Positions 19,978 through 30,745 of a stretch of DNA of 64,000 nucleotides are shown in pieces. The position numbers were made by a program, and so were the translations under genes. Position 1 is the stretch's first letter, and every line of letters begins with the position of its first letter. The notes beneath the pieces are model-generated. The model was not told the origin of the DNA and ran no database searches. It saw only the letters and a program-made list of their open reading frames with translations. The DNA is from Candidatus Poribacteria bacterium (GTDB lineage Bacteria; Poribacteria; WGA-4E; WGA-3G): the NCBI GenBank assembly GCA_965197475.1, contig CBDANF010000003.1:160001-224000 (forward strand). Direction: 5' to 3'.

Positions 19978-20345
19978 ATGAAACGTACAACTGTTTTTGT
20001 CAGCACTATCTACCTTCTATGTGTTCTCATCACGGCAGGTATTTCAGAAGGTGCCCAACATTAGAAGTCGCGCAACTTTCACACATAGGAAATATCTGCG
20101 GTAGCCATCCCAATTTGAATCAAAAAATGAGTCCAAGTCATCGTCCAGATTTCCGTGGCAGTACACGATTGGACCTCTTGATTTCAAGCAACCTACTCAT
20201 ACCGAAAGGTACATTTGCAGGTCAACGTCTGGCAGTTGAGTTTCATCTCCCCATCGTTCAACATTTTGAAGGAATACAACTCAAAAACAGATGGCAGATT
20301 ACGCTTGGTTGGCAATATGCCTTCTTTAGGGCAAATAGCCACTAA
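19978..20345 (+). pseudogene. Signal-peptide stub followed by the 3' end of an outer-membrane transporter-like gene
   Basis: MKRTTVFVSTIYLLCVLITAGISEGAQH*, then GNICGSHPNLN...RLDLL...GQRLAVEFHLPIVQHFEGIQL...ITLGWQYAF. Confidence 0.5.
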
Positions 20346-20391
20346 ACAGATAAAAGTATTTTCATGCCAAAACCCGAACACAAGAATAACG

Positions 20392-20805
20392 TTATTGGGG
20401 GGTAATTTGAGAGGCGATGAATTCAGGAATGGGAATGGAGCGTATTTTTTCACCCGGATTTGTTATGCAGCAGACTGTGGTAAGTTGTCCACGCGCAATA
20501 TCTTTACCTTCATGGGTAAAAAGAAATTGATATGTCAGTGATTTTGTTCCTTTTTTGGAAACCCAAAGTTGGATGTCCACCTCATCTTCAAATCTCAGCG
20601 GACTAAGATATTCACAGGAAGCGGCAAGCCGAGGCCATCCAATCTTATCCCCATTCCATTCAGTTGCTACACTTGTTCCTAAGCTCCGTAGAAATTCGTG
20701 TTCCGCGGTTTCCATAAAGACAAAAAATCTCGAAAAATGGACAATCCCCGCCATATCAGTATCGGTAAACTCAATTTTCCTTTTGGTTTTATACTTAGTA
20801 CGCAT
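20392..20805 (-). CDS. Acyl-CoA thioesterase (4HBT/YbgC family)
   Basis: DTDMAGIVHFSRFF, CEYLSPLRFED. Confidence 0.9.
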   Translation of the reverse strand: MRTKYKTKRKIEFTDTDMAGIVHFSRFFVFMETAEHEFLRSLGTSVATEWNGDKIGWPRLAASCEYLSPLRFEDEVDIQLWVSKKGTKSLTYQFLFTHEGKDIARGQLTTVCCITNPGEKIRSIPIPEFIASQITPQ

Positions 20806-20906
20806 CTTACGTGATTTTTCTGTAGTCCGCTCACAATCTTTTCACTGTGTTCATAGCAAAAGACCCGTTCTTACTAAGAAATTCCGCTTCTTTGATTGTT
20901 GTAATA

Positions 20907-22307
20907 TCAGTTTTTGGGGAATTTAGGAACATCTTTGTAGAGACTCCACGTCTCGGCATATATTTTCCAATATCCATCAGATGGGTCAATCATTAAATTC
21001 AACTTTTTGGTGCCGATATCAGAATATGCTGGACGAGTGCCCGATGCGGGTGTGCCCTTGAATTCTTGCAGGAAACTGACATCAGCAACCGCCCTATCTC
21101 CGTTAATCTCCAAATTAGTGATCCCAACCTGAATACCTAAGTAGTGGACGTTTAACTGTTTCATTTTCTGACGAAGTTGTTTTTTCGTGAGATAAGTAGG
21201 TGTTTCTGTATCATTCCGAACGGTGACACGGGTGATTAGAGCTCTTTCAGCATAGATTGACATGTAGGTATCAAGGTCTTTTTCTTCCCATGCTTTCTGC
21301 CATTTACCGAGAATCTGACCTATTTTGAGTTGCGTATCAATTGGGGCATCACCGTTATAAATACCTGAACCATTTGTTTCTTCTGGTATAGTGTCAACAT
21401 CCAGTTGGTCCTGCTGAGAAATAGGTTGATCCGTTATATATTCGCCTCTTACCTCATCGTTGATTAGCTTCCAGCGTCGGAAGAAGAATCCCTTCTTTTC
21501 AATAGTTAGGGTGCGCGAATGGGTTTCAACCAGAGTGCCAGTGCTTGTGACACTGATATTGCCAACCACATGTCGGGTTTTTGAGTGTGCGACAGGGGTA
21601 TAGGTCGCTTGGCTTAAGTCAACATTCGATTCTTGGGAAATTTGATCAAGGGCGAGTTGAAAGTTATTTTTTCGCTTTCTCTGAGCAGATTTATCCCAGA
21701 GCGAGGTATACTTCTGTTTATCTTGGGATTCAAGAGTTTTTTTCCATTCCAATACTAACGAAGCAACAGGACTGTTGGATTGTGATGTTGTTTCAACAGA
21801 TCTTTCCGCTTCAAAAGCAGCGAGATCAGCCCCAATTTCTTCACTAACGACCTCATCTCTGACAAGTTTCCAGCGTTGTCGAACGAACCCCGTTTTAACA
21901 ATCGTGAGGGTTCTTGATTGAAGCATCGGTTCGCCGATGGTATGCACGAGAATAGGGATTTCTTCAATTCGCAAATAATCATGGTTTTGAGGATCCTTGC
22001 GTGTCCTATCCACAGCATTAGCAATATTGACTTCAATCTTGAATTCTTCTTCAATAAGATCGGCAGTGTGTTGATAACCTGAATTAAGTTGTTCTCGAGC
22101 GTTTTTTGCCCAGAGAGCATCGTAATTATTGAGATTTCTGGATTCCATTGCATTTTTCCATTTTGCTAAAAATCCAGCAGTCGTTTCACTTGAACGGGTA
22201 AGCAAGATACCCCAAATTGCCAAAATGACAACTAAAACTACAATCCCGCCCCATTTTAGAGAATCTGGCAAAGAGAATTTCGATGCGTTGTCTTGGAAGT
22301 TGTTCAT
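20907..22307 (-). CDS. Membrane-anchored protein with three NTF2/SnoaL-like repeats
   Basis: Three units of WK.A.E......Y..LW...WKL/WKI. Confidence 0.6.
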   Translation of the reverse strand: MNNFQDNASKFSLPDSLKWGGIVVLVVILAIWGILLTRSSETTAGFLAKWKNAMESRNLNNYDALWAKNAREQLNSGYQHTADLIEEEFKIEVNIANAVDRTRKDPQNHDYLRIEEIPILVHTIGEPMLQSRTLTIVKTGFVRQRWKLVRDEVVSEEIGADLAAFEAERSVETTSQSNSPVASLVLEWKKTLESQDKQKYTSLWDKSAQRKRKNNFQLALDQISQESNVDLSQATYTPVAHSKTRHVVGNISVTSTGTLVETHSRTLTIEKKGFFFRRWKLINDEVRGEYITDQPISQQDQLDVDTIPEETNGSGIYNGDAPIDTQLKIGQILGKWQKAWEEKDLDTYMSIYAERALITRVTVRNDTETPTYLTKKQLRQKMKQLNVHYLGIQVGITNLEINGDRAVADVSFLQEFKGTPASGTRPAYSDIGTKKLNLMIDPSDGYWKIYAETWSLYKDVPKFPKN

Positions 22308-22311
22308 CAGC

Positions 22312-23661
22312 TTACCTCCTTAAATCCGGAACATTTTCGTAGATTTGCCAAGTTTCGCGATAGATTTTCCAATCTCCCTGAACTTGATGCATCCAGATTT
22401 CGCGAGTCCAGCTATGGTATAATGCTGTATCATCCTCAGTTTGTGCTGGTGAAACCAACCGGCTAAATCGAAATATCCCGATGACACTCTCTTGCTCAAC
22501 TTCAGTAGATTCTTTTATTTTTTTCCATGGCTGAGCATTCATCTCCCGAAGGTTAGATTCTATCTGACTTCGGTTAATAACACTCGGATTTTCCTTGCTT
22601 TCCACAATAAGAATCTTATTAGCAGTGAAATTCGGTGTGTAAAACGCCAGATGTGCGTCAAGGTTCTTGTTAGTCCAAGATTTTTCCCATTTACGTAGGG
22701 CTGCTTTCCCGGCATTGATTTGTTCCGTCGAAAGCGATGTCCTTCCTGTTCGTTTAGGTTCGTTGCTATGCAGTTGTTTCTCAAAAGTGCGTGCTTTTTC
22801 TTCTTGTCGTTTTACATATTCAGCATGCTCTGCTACAACATTCCGCTTATTCGCCGCAGCAAGCTTGTCAGTATAAATTTTTGCTTGTTCACGCATCTGT
22901 TTTCTGAGCGATTCTGCTTCGGCAATAGCGGCGCGCTTTTGCTTACTTGCGGAATTAGCCATAATTTCAGTCACTTCAAGTTTCCGTGACAACTCCTTCA
23001 CCTGGACACCATAATTACGGACATCTATTTCAGAACTCGCAACTCTTGCTTGAATCGATTTTAAGGATTCATTGAGTTCCGCAACTTTCTGCTCGTTTAT
23101 TTTCCGAGTATTGATCAGTCCATCTTTCTCTGTTTCAAGTGTGCGAATGGTTTGTGCAAGTTTCTTCTCAGTATCACGAAGTTGCTCTATTCCATTTTCT
23201 AAGTCCGAAATTTTTGTTTCTTTTTCAGTTATTTTTTTACGGAGTTCAACTATACGAGCATTTTTTGCCAGAATATTAGCGTTTGCTTCAGCATTCATTG
23301 TATTTTGCAAAGCTTCTCGTTTAGCGATTTTCGCATGAGTGATTGCCTGATTCGCACATCTTAGCGCATCAACTCCATTATTGTTACGCAATGCTTCTCT
23401 TGCCTTTTCAAGCTCAGTTTCTGCCTTTTCAAACTCCTCAAAAGCGAGGGAAGGCGCGTTAACTTCACGAGCAGAATTGATCGCTTCTTCTGTCTGCGAT
23501 AGCAGAGTGTCAACATCTTGAACTTCAATTGTACCCAGTTTTCCTCCGCAGGCAGCAAGGAATATCGGAAAGATGCACAAACAAGACAAAAGAATAGAGT
23601 GATATGACTGATAGTACTTTACAAACATTTCCCTTCCTAAAACACCCCATAATCGTTTCAT
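22312..23661 (-). CDS. Lipoprotein: DUF4398-like + coiled coil + NTF2-like domain
   Basis: LAAC lipobox; AEEAI..A....AP..A; long heptads; WEKSW...WKIYRETW. Confidence 0.6.
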   Translation of the reverse strand: MKRLWGVLGREMFVKYYQSYHSILLSCLCIFPIFLAACGGKLGTIEVQDVDTLLSQTEEAINSAREVNAPSLAFEEFEKAETELEKAREALRNNNGVDALRCANQAITHAKIAKREALQNTMNAEANANILAKNARIVELRKKITEKETKISDLENGIEQLRDTEKKLAQTIRTLETEKDGLINTRKINEQKVAELNESLKSIQARVASSEIDVRNYGVQVKELSRKLEVTEIMANSASKQKRAAIAEAESLRKQMREQAKIYTDKLAAANKRNVVAEHAEYVKRQEEKARTFEKQLHSNEPKRTGRTSLSTEQINAGKAALRKWEKSWTNKNLDAHLAFYTPNFTANKILIVESKENPSVINRSQIESNLREMNAQPWKKIKESTEVEQESVIGIFRFSRLVSPAQTEDDTALYHSWTREIWMHQVQGDWKIYRETWQIYENVPDLRR

Positions 23662-23832
23662 TTTAGACTCCTTACTCTTATGAATTTGTAATTTTTAAAA
23701 TATATGTGTCTATTTTTGTTAACCTATAAATGTTTTCTGTCAAAAGATGGCTTTTTTCTCTCTGTTTTTAATCCAAATTCGTGGCATACACAAACAACGA
23801 ATATATCTTTAGAAGGTTGAAAATTTACTACT

Positions 23833-24948
23833 TCAATCCCAATCGAAAATGGGCAGTGCAAAAACCTGTGGTTGTGATGTTCCCGTTTTCATTTGCACAA
23901 GCGTTTCCTTAATTGCAGTTGCGCGCGTTTTTCCAACGCCTTCAACACCTTCCAGCGCATCAACAGAAGAGGTGATGATCGCATCTAATGAATTGAAGTT
24001 TACAACGATATTTTCAATAATATTCATCGGAATACGCCGTATTTGGCTTAGCATCCGGTAGCCACGTGGTTCTAATGTATCTACATCCGCGTTAAAATCA
24101 TGCGGATAACCGAGGGCTGTACTGATATTACTTTCCACAGATAAATCAGACGCATTAAGTCCAAGAATATGTTCATACGCTTGATATTCGTCTCGTTCTT
24201 CCTCTCTGTAATAATCCTTAATAATCAGTAACGCTCTCTCAATTTCTGCTGTTAATTCAGAAGGAATCAGCTGCAATGATTGTGCCGCTGTACCTAATTC
24301 AATCCGATATCGATTTAATTCGTATTCAGTTCTTCGCACCCGCTCGCAAACTTGTATAGCCATTATAACGTTTGATAATGTGACCGTTCCACTTAGCTCC
24401 GCCCAGTTAAGCGTAGCTAATACTTTTTGCATTGTTTTCACGTACTGGGTAAGAGCAAGCATCGTTTGGTTGGCACCAGATATTAAAATCGGTCGTTCGC
24501 GAAAGAGATAGTGTTGATTTTTCGTGTATAAAGTTAGCGTATTTCGGCGTCTTGACACCGCCAAAACAATATGACCTGTCTCTTTAGCGAATTTTTCTGC
24601 TGCACGGTGCCGCAATCCTGTTTCATTTGAAGAAATAGATGGATTCACCCTTAAAGTGACATTGGCGCGTGCAATGCGCTTCATATCCGATGAAAGGATG
24701 ATTGCACCATCCATTTTTGCTAATTCAGATAGGCGGGTGGGTAGATATGGGCAATTTATCCTAAAACCACCCTCCGTCAAATTTAAAATCTCGGGTGTAT
24801 CTCCAACGACGATCAAACCTCCCGTATTGGCTTGGATAATATAATCAATACCTTCTCGGAGAGAGGTACCTGGCGACAGTAGTTTCAAAACGGCAACGAG
24901 TTCCCGTTCCTTCTGATTTTCGGTTGGAATTCTCAGCACTACTTTCAC
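23833..24948 (-). CDS. disA: Diadenylate cyclase DisA
   Basis: PGT.LREG, ELAKMDGA, ETGLRHR, PRGYR, C-terminal HhH VEGVGKTRA. Confidence 0.93.
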   Translation of the reverse strand: MKVVLRIPTENQKERELVAVLKLLSPGTSLREGIDYIIQANTGGLIVVGDTPEILNLTEGGFRINCPYLPTRLSELAKMDGAIILSSDMKRIARANVTLRVNPSISSNETGLRHRAAEKFAKETGHIVLAVSRRRNTLTLYTKNQHYLFRERPILISGANQTMLALTQYVKTMQKVLATLNWAELSGTVTLSNVIMAIQVCERVRRTEYELNRYRIELGTAAQSLQLIPSELTAEIERALLIIKDYYREEERDEYQAYEHILGLNASDLSVESNISTALGYPHDFNADVDTLEPRGYRMLSQIRRIPMNIIENIVVNFNSLDAIITSSVDALEGVEGVGKTRATAIKETLVQMKTGTSQPQVFALPIFDWD

Positions 24949-25046
24949 CTCCCAATGTTAAAAATAGGGTAACATATTAAAGTGCACAATGTCAAGGTAA
25001 TCTTCGGAATATGTCAACCGCCATACACTGCAGAACTATAATTTTC

Positions 25047-25075
25047 TTGACTTTCAGGTCAAAAAAATGTATAAT
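25047..25075 (+). promoter_or_regulatory. Sigma70-type promoter
   Basis: TTGACT-17-TATAAT. Confidence 0.65.
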
Positions 25076-25319
25076 AAATTGTCTATGTAGAAGAAATGTT
25101 TTATTTTACTTGTTAATTATTCACTGGTTAGGAACGTTCTTGTAAAAGGTTGTTGGGATTATAAATTTAGAACTTAAAACTTCAATAACTATTTCAAATC
25201 AAAACTTATTTATAATAGTCTTTGCAATTAATGTGATACATTGCCGATCAGCGCGCGGACAAAGCGCGCCTACTAGTAGGCTACATATTTTACACAAATT
25301 TCAAAAGCAGCGAGGAAAA

Positions 25320-25853
25320 ATGCAATTAGGTTTATTCAGTTCCTTTATATCAACCACATTTTCAAGTGTCAAAAATCAGTCACCAATTGTAACGCTCAAA
25401 ACAGATAAAGGAAACATAATAATTGAACTTTATACAGAATGTGCCCCAGTAACCGTAGCGAATTTTGTGAAATTAGTTGAGTCAGGATTCTATAACGGTT
25501 TATCCTTTCACCGATTTGTGAAAGGGTTCGTAATCCAAGGTGGTGACCCCGATGGCACCGGAACCGGTGGGCCGGGGTGGACAATCCCTGGTGAATTCCA
25601 AAACGCTGAACTTCGCGATAAGATGCCGCCGCATGAAAAAGGCGTTATCGCAATGGCTCGAAAACCCTCACCTGATTCCGCTGGGAGCCAATTCTATATC
25701 TGTCTAAGTGAAGATACAAGCACGTATACCCATTTAAATGGAAGCTATACAACATTCGGAAGGGTCATTGATGGATTAGATGTCGTAGATATACTTCGAG
25801 AAAGAGATGTAATGACCGAAGTTACGATCACACCCTCATACGAACAGAGTTGA
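25320..25853 (+). CDS. Cyclophilin-type peptidyl-prolyl isomerase
   Basis: FYNGLSFHR, FVIQGGDP, AMAR, SAGSQFYI, YTTFGRV. Confidence 0.93.
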   Translation: MQLGLFSSFISTTFSSVKNQSPIVTLKTDKGNIIIELYTECAPVTVANFVKLVESGFYNGLSFHRFVKGFVIQGGDPDGTGTGGPGWTIPGEFQNAELRDKMPPHEKGVIAMARKPSPDSAGSQFYICLSEDTSTYTHLNGSYTTFGRVIDGLDVVDILRERDVMTEVTITPSYEQS

Positions 25854-25894
25854 TTATTGCCTTTCGAATATTGATCTAGAGAGGATCGTTATAT

Positions 25895-26950
25895 ATGGAA
25901 GAATGGAAACAACTCGTTAGAGATACTGTTAACACGCCAGAGAAACTTGCAGCTGCATTTGATGTTGACGTAGAAGAGATGCGGCGCATACACAAAGAAT
26001 TTCCGATCCGCATCAATCCGTATTACCTCAGCCTTATAGAAAAACCGGGGGACCCTATTTGGAAACAAGTAGTTCCAGACACCCGTGAATTAATCAGCAC
26101 AGGCGTAGAGGACCCACTTCATGAAGAAAACGATAGTGAAGTACCCAACGTCACACACCGATACCCCGACCGCGCCCTCTTTTATGTCAATTACATGTGT
26201 CCTATCTATTGCCGTTTCTGCACTCGCAAACGGAAGGTCGGTGATCCTCACTCAATTTCTGAGAATAATATTGAAACAGGACTTGCCTATATTCGGTCTC
26301 ACCCAGAGATTCGAGATGTTATCATCTCTGGTGGTGATCCACTGATGTTGACAGATAAGAAAATTGAGATGATCGTTGGTGGACTCCGCGAAATAGAACA
26401 TTTAGAGATTATTCGGATCGGTTCACGGGTTCCGGTAACTCTTCCCCAGCGGATTACGCCTGAATTATGCACGATTCTCAAACGTAATCATCCTTTTTAT
26501 ATCAACACCCACTTCAACCATCCCCGTGAGATTACACCCGAAACAGAGAAAGCATGTGGCATGTTAGCCGATGCGGGGATACCGCTCGGAAATCAGACAG
26601 TTCTGCTCAAAGGTGTAAATGACGACCCTGCGGTGATGGTGGAACTGATGAAAGGGTTGTTGCGAATTCGCGTCAAGCCTTACTATATCTATCAAGCTGA
26701 CCTTGTGGTTGGAACTGATCATTTCAGAACAGCGGTTAAAACAGGGTTGAAAATTGTCTCGGCGTTACGCGGGCATATCTCTGGACTTGGTGTTCCACAC
26801 TATGTGATTGATGCGCCAGGTGGCGGTGGAAAAATAGCGTTAATCCCTGATCCCGTTGTCACATTTGATGATGACGAAATCCAGCTCCGCAACTATGAGG
26901 GTAATGTCTACAGTTATCCGAGTAACCCGTTTTTCGATGAGGACTGGTAA
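25895..26950 (+). CDS. kamA: KamA-family radical SAM (lysine 2,3-aminomutase-like)
   Basis: HRYPDR, CPIYCRFCTRKR, SGGDPL, HFNHPRE, DAPGGGGK. Confidence 0.9.
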   Translation: MEEWKQLVRDTVNTPEKLAAAFDVDVEEMRRIHKEFPIRINPYYLSLIEKPGDPIWKQVVPDTRELISTGVEDPLHEENDSEVPNVTHRYPDRALFYVNYMCPIYCRFCTRKRKVGDPHSISENNIETGLAYIRSHPEIRDVIISGGDPLMLTDKKIEMIVGGLREIEHLEIIRIGSRVPVTLPQRITPELCTILKRNHPFYINTHFNHPREITPETEKACGMLADAGIPLGNQTVLLKGVNDDPAVMVELMKGLLRIRVKPYYIYQADLVVGTDHFRTAVKTGLKIVSALRGHISGLGVPHYVIDAPGGGGKIALIPDPVVTFDDDEIQLRNYEGNVYSYPSNPFFDEDW

Positions 26951-26970
26951 TATAAGGATTAAATTCTTTC

Positions 26971-27753
26971 CTATTCGTTCTCTTTCGACTTCTCTGTGTC
27001 TTTGTTAAGAAATGGAGTCAATAGATCAATCGGAATAGGGAAGATAACGGTAGAATTTTTCTCTGCGCTGACTTCTACCAACGCTTGAAGAAATCGTAGT
27101 TGCACAGAAGTCGGTGTTTTACTGAGGATTTCAGCGGCGTTCGTCAATACCTCCGCAGATTCAAATTCGCCTTCCGCATGGGTAACTTTTGCTCGGCGTT
27201 CCCGTTCCGCCTCCGCTTGTTTCGCCATTGCACGCTGCATTTCAACAGGTAGGTCAACGTGCTTGATTTCCATTGCATGCACTTCAACCCCCCACGGTTC
27301 ACACTGCCTTTTAATGATTTCCTCTAAATCCTGATTCAGTTTGTCGCGTTCAGAGAGCAGGTCATCAAGTTCTGCACGTCCAAGCACACTTCGGAGTGTC
27401 GTTTGTGCAATTTGGGCAATGGCAAAACCGAAGTCTTCTACCTCAATTACTGCCTTATCTGGTTCGGTTACTCGGAAAGTTAGGACGGCATTGACACTAA
27501 CGGATACGTTGTCTTTTGTAATCACATCTTGCGGGGTGACATCATTGACAATAACACGTAGGCTAATACGCTGCATCCGCTCAATCCAGAACGGGATCAT
27601 CAGCACAAGACCAGGACCGCGGGTGCCAGTGAAACGTCCTAATCGGAAGATGACAGCGCGTTCGTATTCTTTGAGTATCCGAATACTTGTAGCGAGCAAA
27701 ATAATAACACCAATTGCAATGGCAAAGTGGTATGGTTGAATTCCTTCTGGCAT
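26971..27753 (-). CDS. SPFH/stomatin-like (slipin) protein
   Basis: [41 protein letters not shown]. Confidence 0.93.
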   Translation of the reverse strand: MPEGIQPYHFAIAIGVIILLATSIRILKEYERAVIFRLGRFTGTRGPGLVLMIPFWIERMQRISLRVIVNDVTPQDVITKDNVSVSVNAVLTFRVTEPDKAVIEVEDFGFAIAQIAQTTLRSVLGRAELDDLLSERDKLNQDLEEIIKRQCEPWGVEVHAMEIKHVDLPVEMQRAMAKQAEAERERRAKVTHAEGEFESAEVLTNAAEILSKTPTSVQLRFLQALVEVSAEKNSTVIFPIPIDLLTPFLNKDTEKSKENE

Positions 27754-27768
27754 TCTCAGCGTTCCTTT

Positions 27769-28788
27769 CTATGCGTTATATCCTGTAATGTCGCGAATTT
27801 TCTGGAAAAAGGCGCGTTTACGCGGTGTGTTGATCTGCCATTGCACAGGTACAGATTGGTAACCGTGGTGGTAGTCATTTTTACCAGGGTCAAAATAACC
27901 CCATGAGGCATATTGACTGACAGCGGCAATGCAGTTATTAATCGGTTTATCAAAATCGAAATGGTCATCTTCATTGAAAAGGATCGGCATTGGACGGTAG
28001 CCTGGTACGTGCCGCGCCTGCTGTACCATTTCAAGGATACGATTTGGATCACTCACACCGTTGCCATGTAGGAGCAAAAAATCGGAAGCGCGGACGACAT
28101 TTTCAAACGGCACTCGACCACCGCCATAACTTGTCCCTACGAGATATCTTCTACCATCATGTGTTGTTGCTTTCACTCTTTCAATGAGTTCATGAACCCT
28201 TTCCGGTTGTAAAATTTCATGGGAATATCTAACATTGCATTCATTATTAACCTCAACAATAACGTTGGTATAGCCGTTATGAAAAAGCCACTGAGTTGCA
28301 TTGTCCGTAGCGCGTATGACAGCATCTTCATCGGTGAGTTGATGGTCTTGTCCGAAGTAGAAGTATCCGAGAATAACGACCATGCCGAGTTCGTCAGCAA
28401 AGTCAATGATGCGCTTTAGATGGGAGAGGTAATCTGGATTGAGGCTTCCATCCGCTTCTATACCTGAGTTATGCCACGGTTGTGCTTTAGAATAACCTTC
28501 TGGACTCCCACCCTGCAAGTTAATTGTAAATGCCAACAGACCTTGCGCGCGCCAAGCAGGCATCGCTGCTAAAAATTCGCGTGTGTTACGTTCGGCATCC
28601 CATTTGCCGGTATCAGGATATTCCCAGCGATGGATAGTTTCTGGATCCCGATCATCAAAAATGCCTTGCACCATGCGGCTGTTGAGGAGCAAACCCTCAA
28701 TTTTGTTGCCTGCGTAGAAACGCCCCGGATAGGTAATTTCACCGTTAATATAAAATGCATCTTCTACGATGCTAACTGCTGTTTTCAT
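27769..28788 (-). CDS. Putative glycoside hydrolase (TIM barrel)
   Basis: FYINGE.TY, ADELGMVV, EVNNE, FNED. Confidence 0.55.
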   Translation of the reverse strand: MKTAVSIVEDAFYINGEITYPGRFYAGNKIEGLLLNSRMVQGIFDDRDPETIHRWEYPDTGKWDAERNTREFLAAMPAWRAQGLLAFTINLQGGSPEGYSKAQPWHNSGIEADGSLNPDYLSHLKRIIDFADELGMVVILGYFYFGQDHQLTDEDAVIRATDNATQWLFHNGYTNVIVEVNNECNVRYSHEILQPERVHELIERVKATTHDGRRYLVGTSYGGGRVPFENVVRASDFLLLHGNGVSDPNRILEMVQQARHVPGYRPMPILFNEDDHFDFDKPINNCIAAVSQYASWGYFDPGKNDYHHGYQSVPVQWQINTPRKRAFFQKIRDITGYNA

Positions 28789-28925
28789 TTTTCACCCTGA
28801 TTATCACAAAAGGTTCTAAAAGTATGATGTAGGTTTATATTTTAACATACTTCAGAGAATATTGCAATAAGATGGTTTAGGAAGAGTGTGTAAAGTTTTG
28901 GCAAAAGTCTGCGACCTCTCATTGT

Positions 28926-28971
28926 AAGGCCAAATTAACATAGCGTACCACACACGCTACGTTGATTTGGC
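28926..28971. repeat. Long intergenic hairpin (REP-like)
   Basis: ggccaaattaacatagcgt ... acgctacgttgatttggcc. Confidence 0.5.
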
Positions 28972-29116
28972 CCACAGTAGAAAACGCAAAGGATTCTTCG
29001 TCCATCGAACCTATATGACAAAATATTTACATAATTTCCTTGACAAATTTTAGTCAAATAATATATGATAGAATTAATGTTAAATAAATTGAACGCATAG
29101 ACAAGTTTTTTGTTTC

Positions 29117-30652
29117 ATGACATCAAAGAAAAAAAGCATCCGTTTGTGGCCGTTACTTATCATCGTTAGTCTCACCGTTTTAGTGATCGGATCAGTGTGG
29201 TTGTTGGATGCAGGTCATCGCCAAGACAAAGTTGCCCTTACGGTTTTACTGCTCATCCTTACGGTTTTTCTGGAAATAGTGTGGTTGTTTGGGTTTTCCC
29301 GCTTGGCATGGCGAGTTAAATTCTTATTCTTTGGTGTTATCCTTTTATGCATCGCTGCGTTTGTAATCCTATTCCGATTTGATGGATTCAGCGGTGACCT
29401 TGCCCCGAAATTTGAATGGCGATGGCGCGAGGCTCCGCAGCATTCTGTTGGCACATCCTACGCGCAGGATACCTCAGCAAAGTTCCTGACAGATTATCCA
29501 CAGTTCCTTGGACCTAACCGAAACGCTGTAATAACTAATATCAAACTAAACACGGATTGGAAAAATAATCCGCCAGAGTTAGTGTGGAGGCAACCTGTCG
29601 GTGCTGGTTGGTCAGGTTTTGCTGTCGTAGGAGATTCTGCAATTACGCAGGAACAGGAAGACGAATGGGAGAAGGTCGTCTGTTATGACTTACACAGCGG
29701 CAAAGAAAAGTGGACACACAGAGATAAGGCGAGGTATTATACGGCACTTGGTCAACTCGGTCCGCGTGCAACACCAACTATTGACGGTGACCGTGTCTTT
29801 ACTGTCGGAGGAACAGGTATTCTAAACTGTTTGGATTTTGAAACAGGTAAACAGATTTGGTCAACAAATATCTTTGAGGAAAACGGCGCGGCAGCCCCAC
29901 CTTGGGGTGTAAGTGTTTCACCACTCGTTCTTGATGAACTTGTTATTGTAAGTGCTGGTGGTGCAGTGGCGTATTACAAAGAGACAGGTGAAATCGCTTG
30001 GACAGGACAGAGGATTCAGAGTGCCTATAGTTCCCCCGTTCTTCTAACCTTGGCAGGAACTGAGCAGGTCGTGTTGTTCGACGACGGTCTTGTCACATCT
30101 CATGAACCTACTACTGGTAAACTCTTATGGAAGCACCCGTGGACCGCTGCTGGCGTAGAATGTGTGGCACAACCGACCCCACTTCCTGGGGATAAACTTC
30201 TTGTCTCAACTGCGTACGGAATCGGTGCTAAATTATTTCAGATTTCAAAAAGTAACCCATCAGAGAAATTCAACGTTAATAAATTCAACGTTAACCTATT
30301 ATGGGAAACCACATACCTCAAAGCTAAATTCACGACTATCATTTATTATGAAGGCTATTTATACGGTCTTGACGACGGAATCTTCGTATGTATTGATCCA
30401 TCTGATGGGACACGTCAATGGAAGCGGGGGCGTTATGGTCATGGACAGACACTCTTAATCTCAGATGTCTTGTTGGTACTCACCGAATCCGGTGAAATCG
30501 TTTTATTAGAACCGAACCCAGAAGTTCATAAAGAACTCGCGCGTTTCCCTGCGTTAACTGGACAGACATGGAACAACCCAGCACTCACAGGCAATTATCT
30601 ACTTGTTCGTAATAACCGAGAAGCAGCTTGTTACCGGTTGCTAACTGAATAA
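29117..30652 (+). CDS. PQQ-binding-like beta-propeller protein with N-terminal TMs
   Basis: YPQFLGPNRN, GPRATP, YSSP, TWNNPAL...LLVRN. Confidence 0.88.
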   Translation: MTSKKKSIRLWPLLIIVSLTVLVIGSVWLLDAGHRQDKVALTVLLLILTVFLEIVWLFGFSRLAWRVKFLFFGVILLCIAAFVILFRFDGFSGDLAPKFEWRWREAPQHSVGTSYAQDTSAKFLTDYPQFLGPNRNAVITNIKLNTDWKNNPPELVWRQPVGAGWSGFAVVGDSAITQEQEDEWEKVVCYDLHSGKEKWTHRDKARYYTALGQLGPRATPTIDGDRVFTVGGTGILNCLDFETGKQIWSTNIFEENGAAAPPWGVSVSPLVLDELVIVSAGGAVAYYKETGEIAWTGQRIQSAYSSPVLLTLAGTEQVVLFDDGLVTSHEPTTGKLLWKHPWTAAGVECVAQPTPLPGDKLLVSTAYGIGAKLFQISKSNPSEKFNVNKFNVNLLWETTYLKAKFTTIIYYEGYLYGLDDGIFVCIDPSDGTRQWKRGRYGHGQTLLISDVLLVLTESGEIVLLEPNPEVHKELARFPALTGQTWNNPALTGNYLLVRNNREAACYRLLTE

Positions 30653-30745
30653 ATGGTTGCCGGACAACAGTATCACTACAATACTTCAAAAGCTATCATA
30701 ACCCCACTTATCGGGACATTTTATAAAAAGAGGAAGACAAAACTA

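Noticed and set aside
30266-30295. 15-bp tandem duplication (KFNVN x2) in the PQQ-like gene
   Set aside because: Small in-frame slippage with no evident significance.
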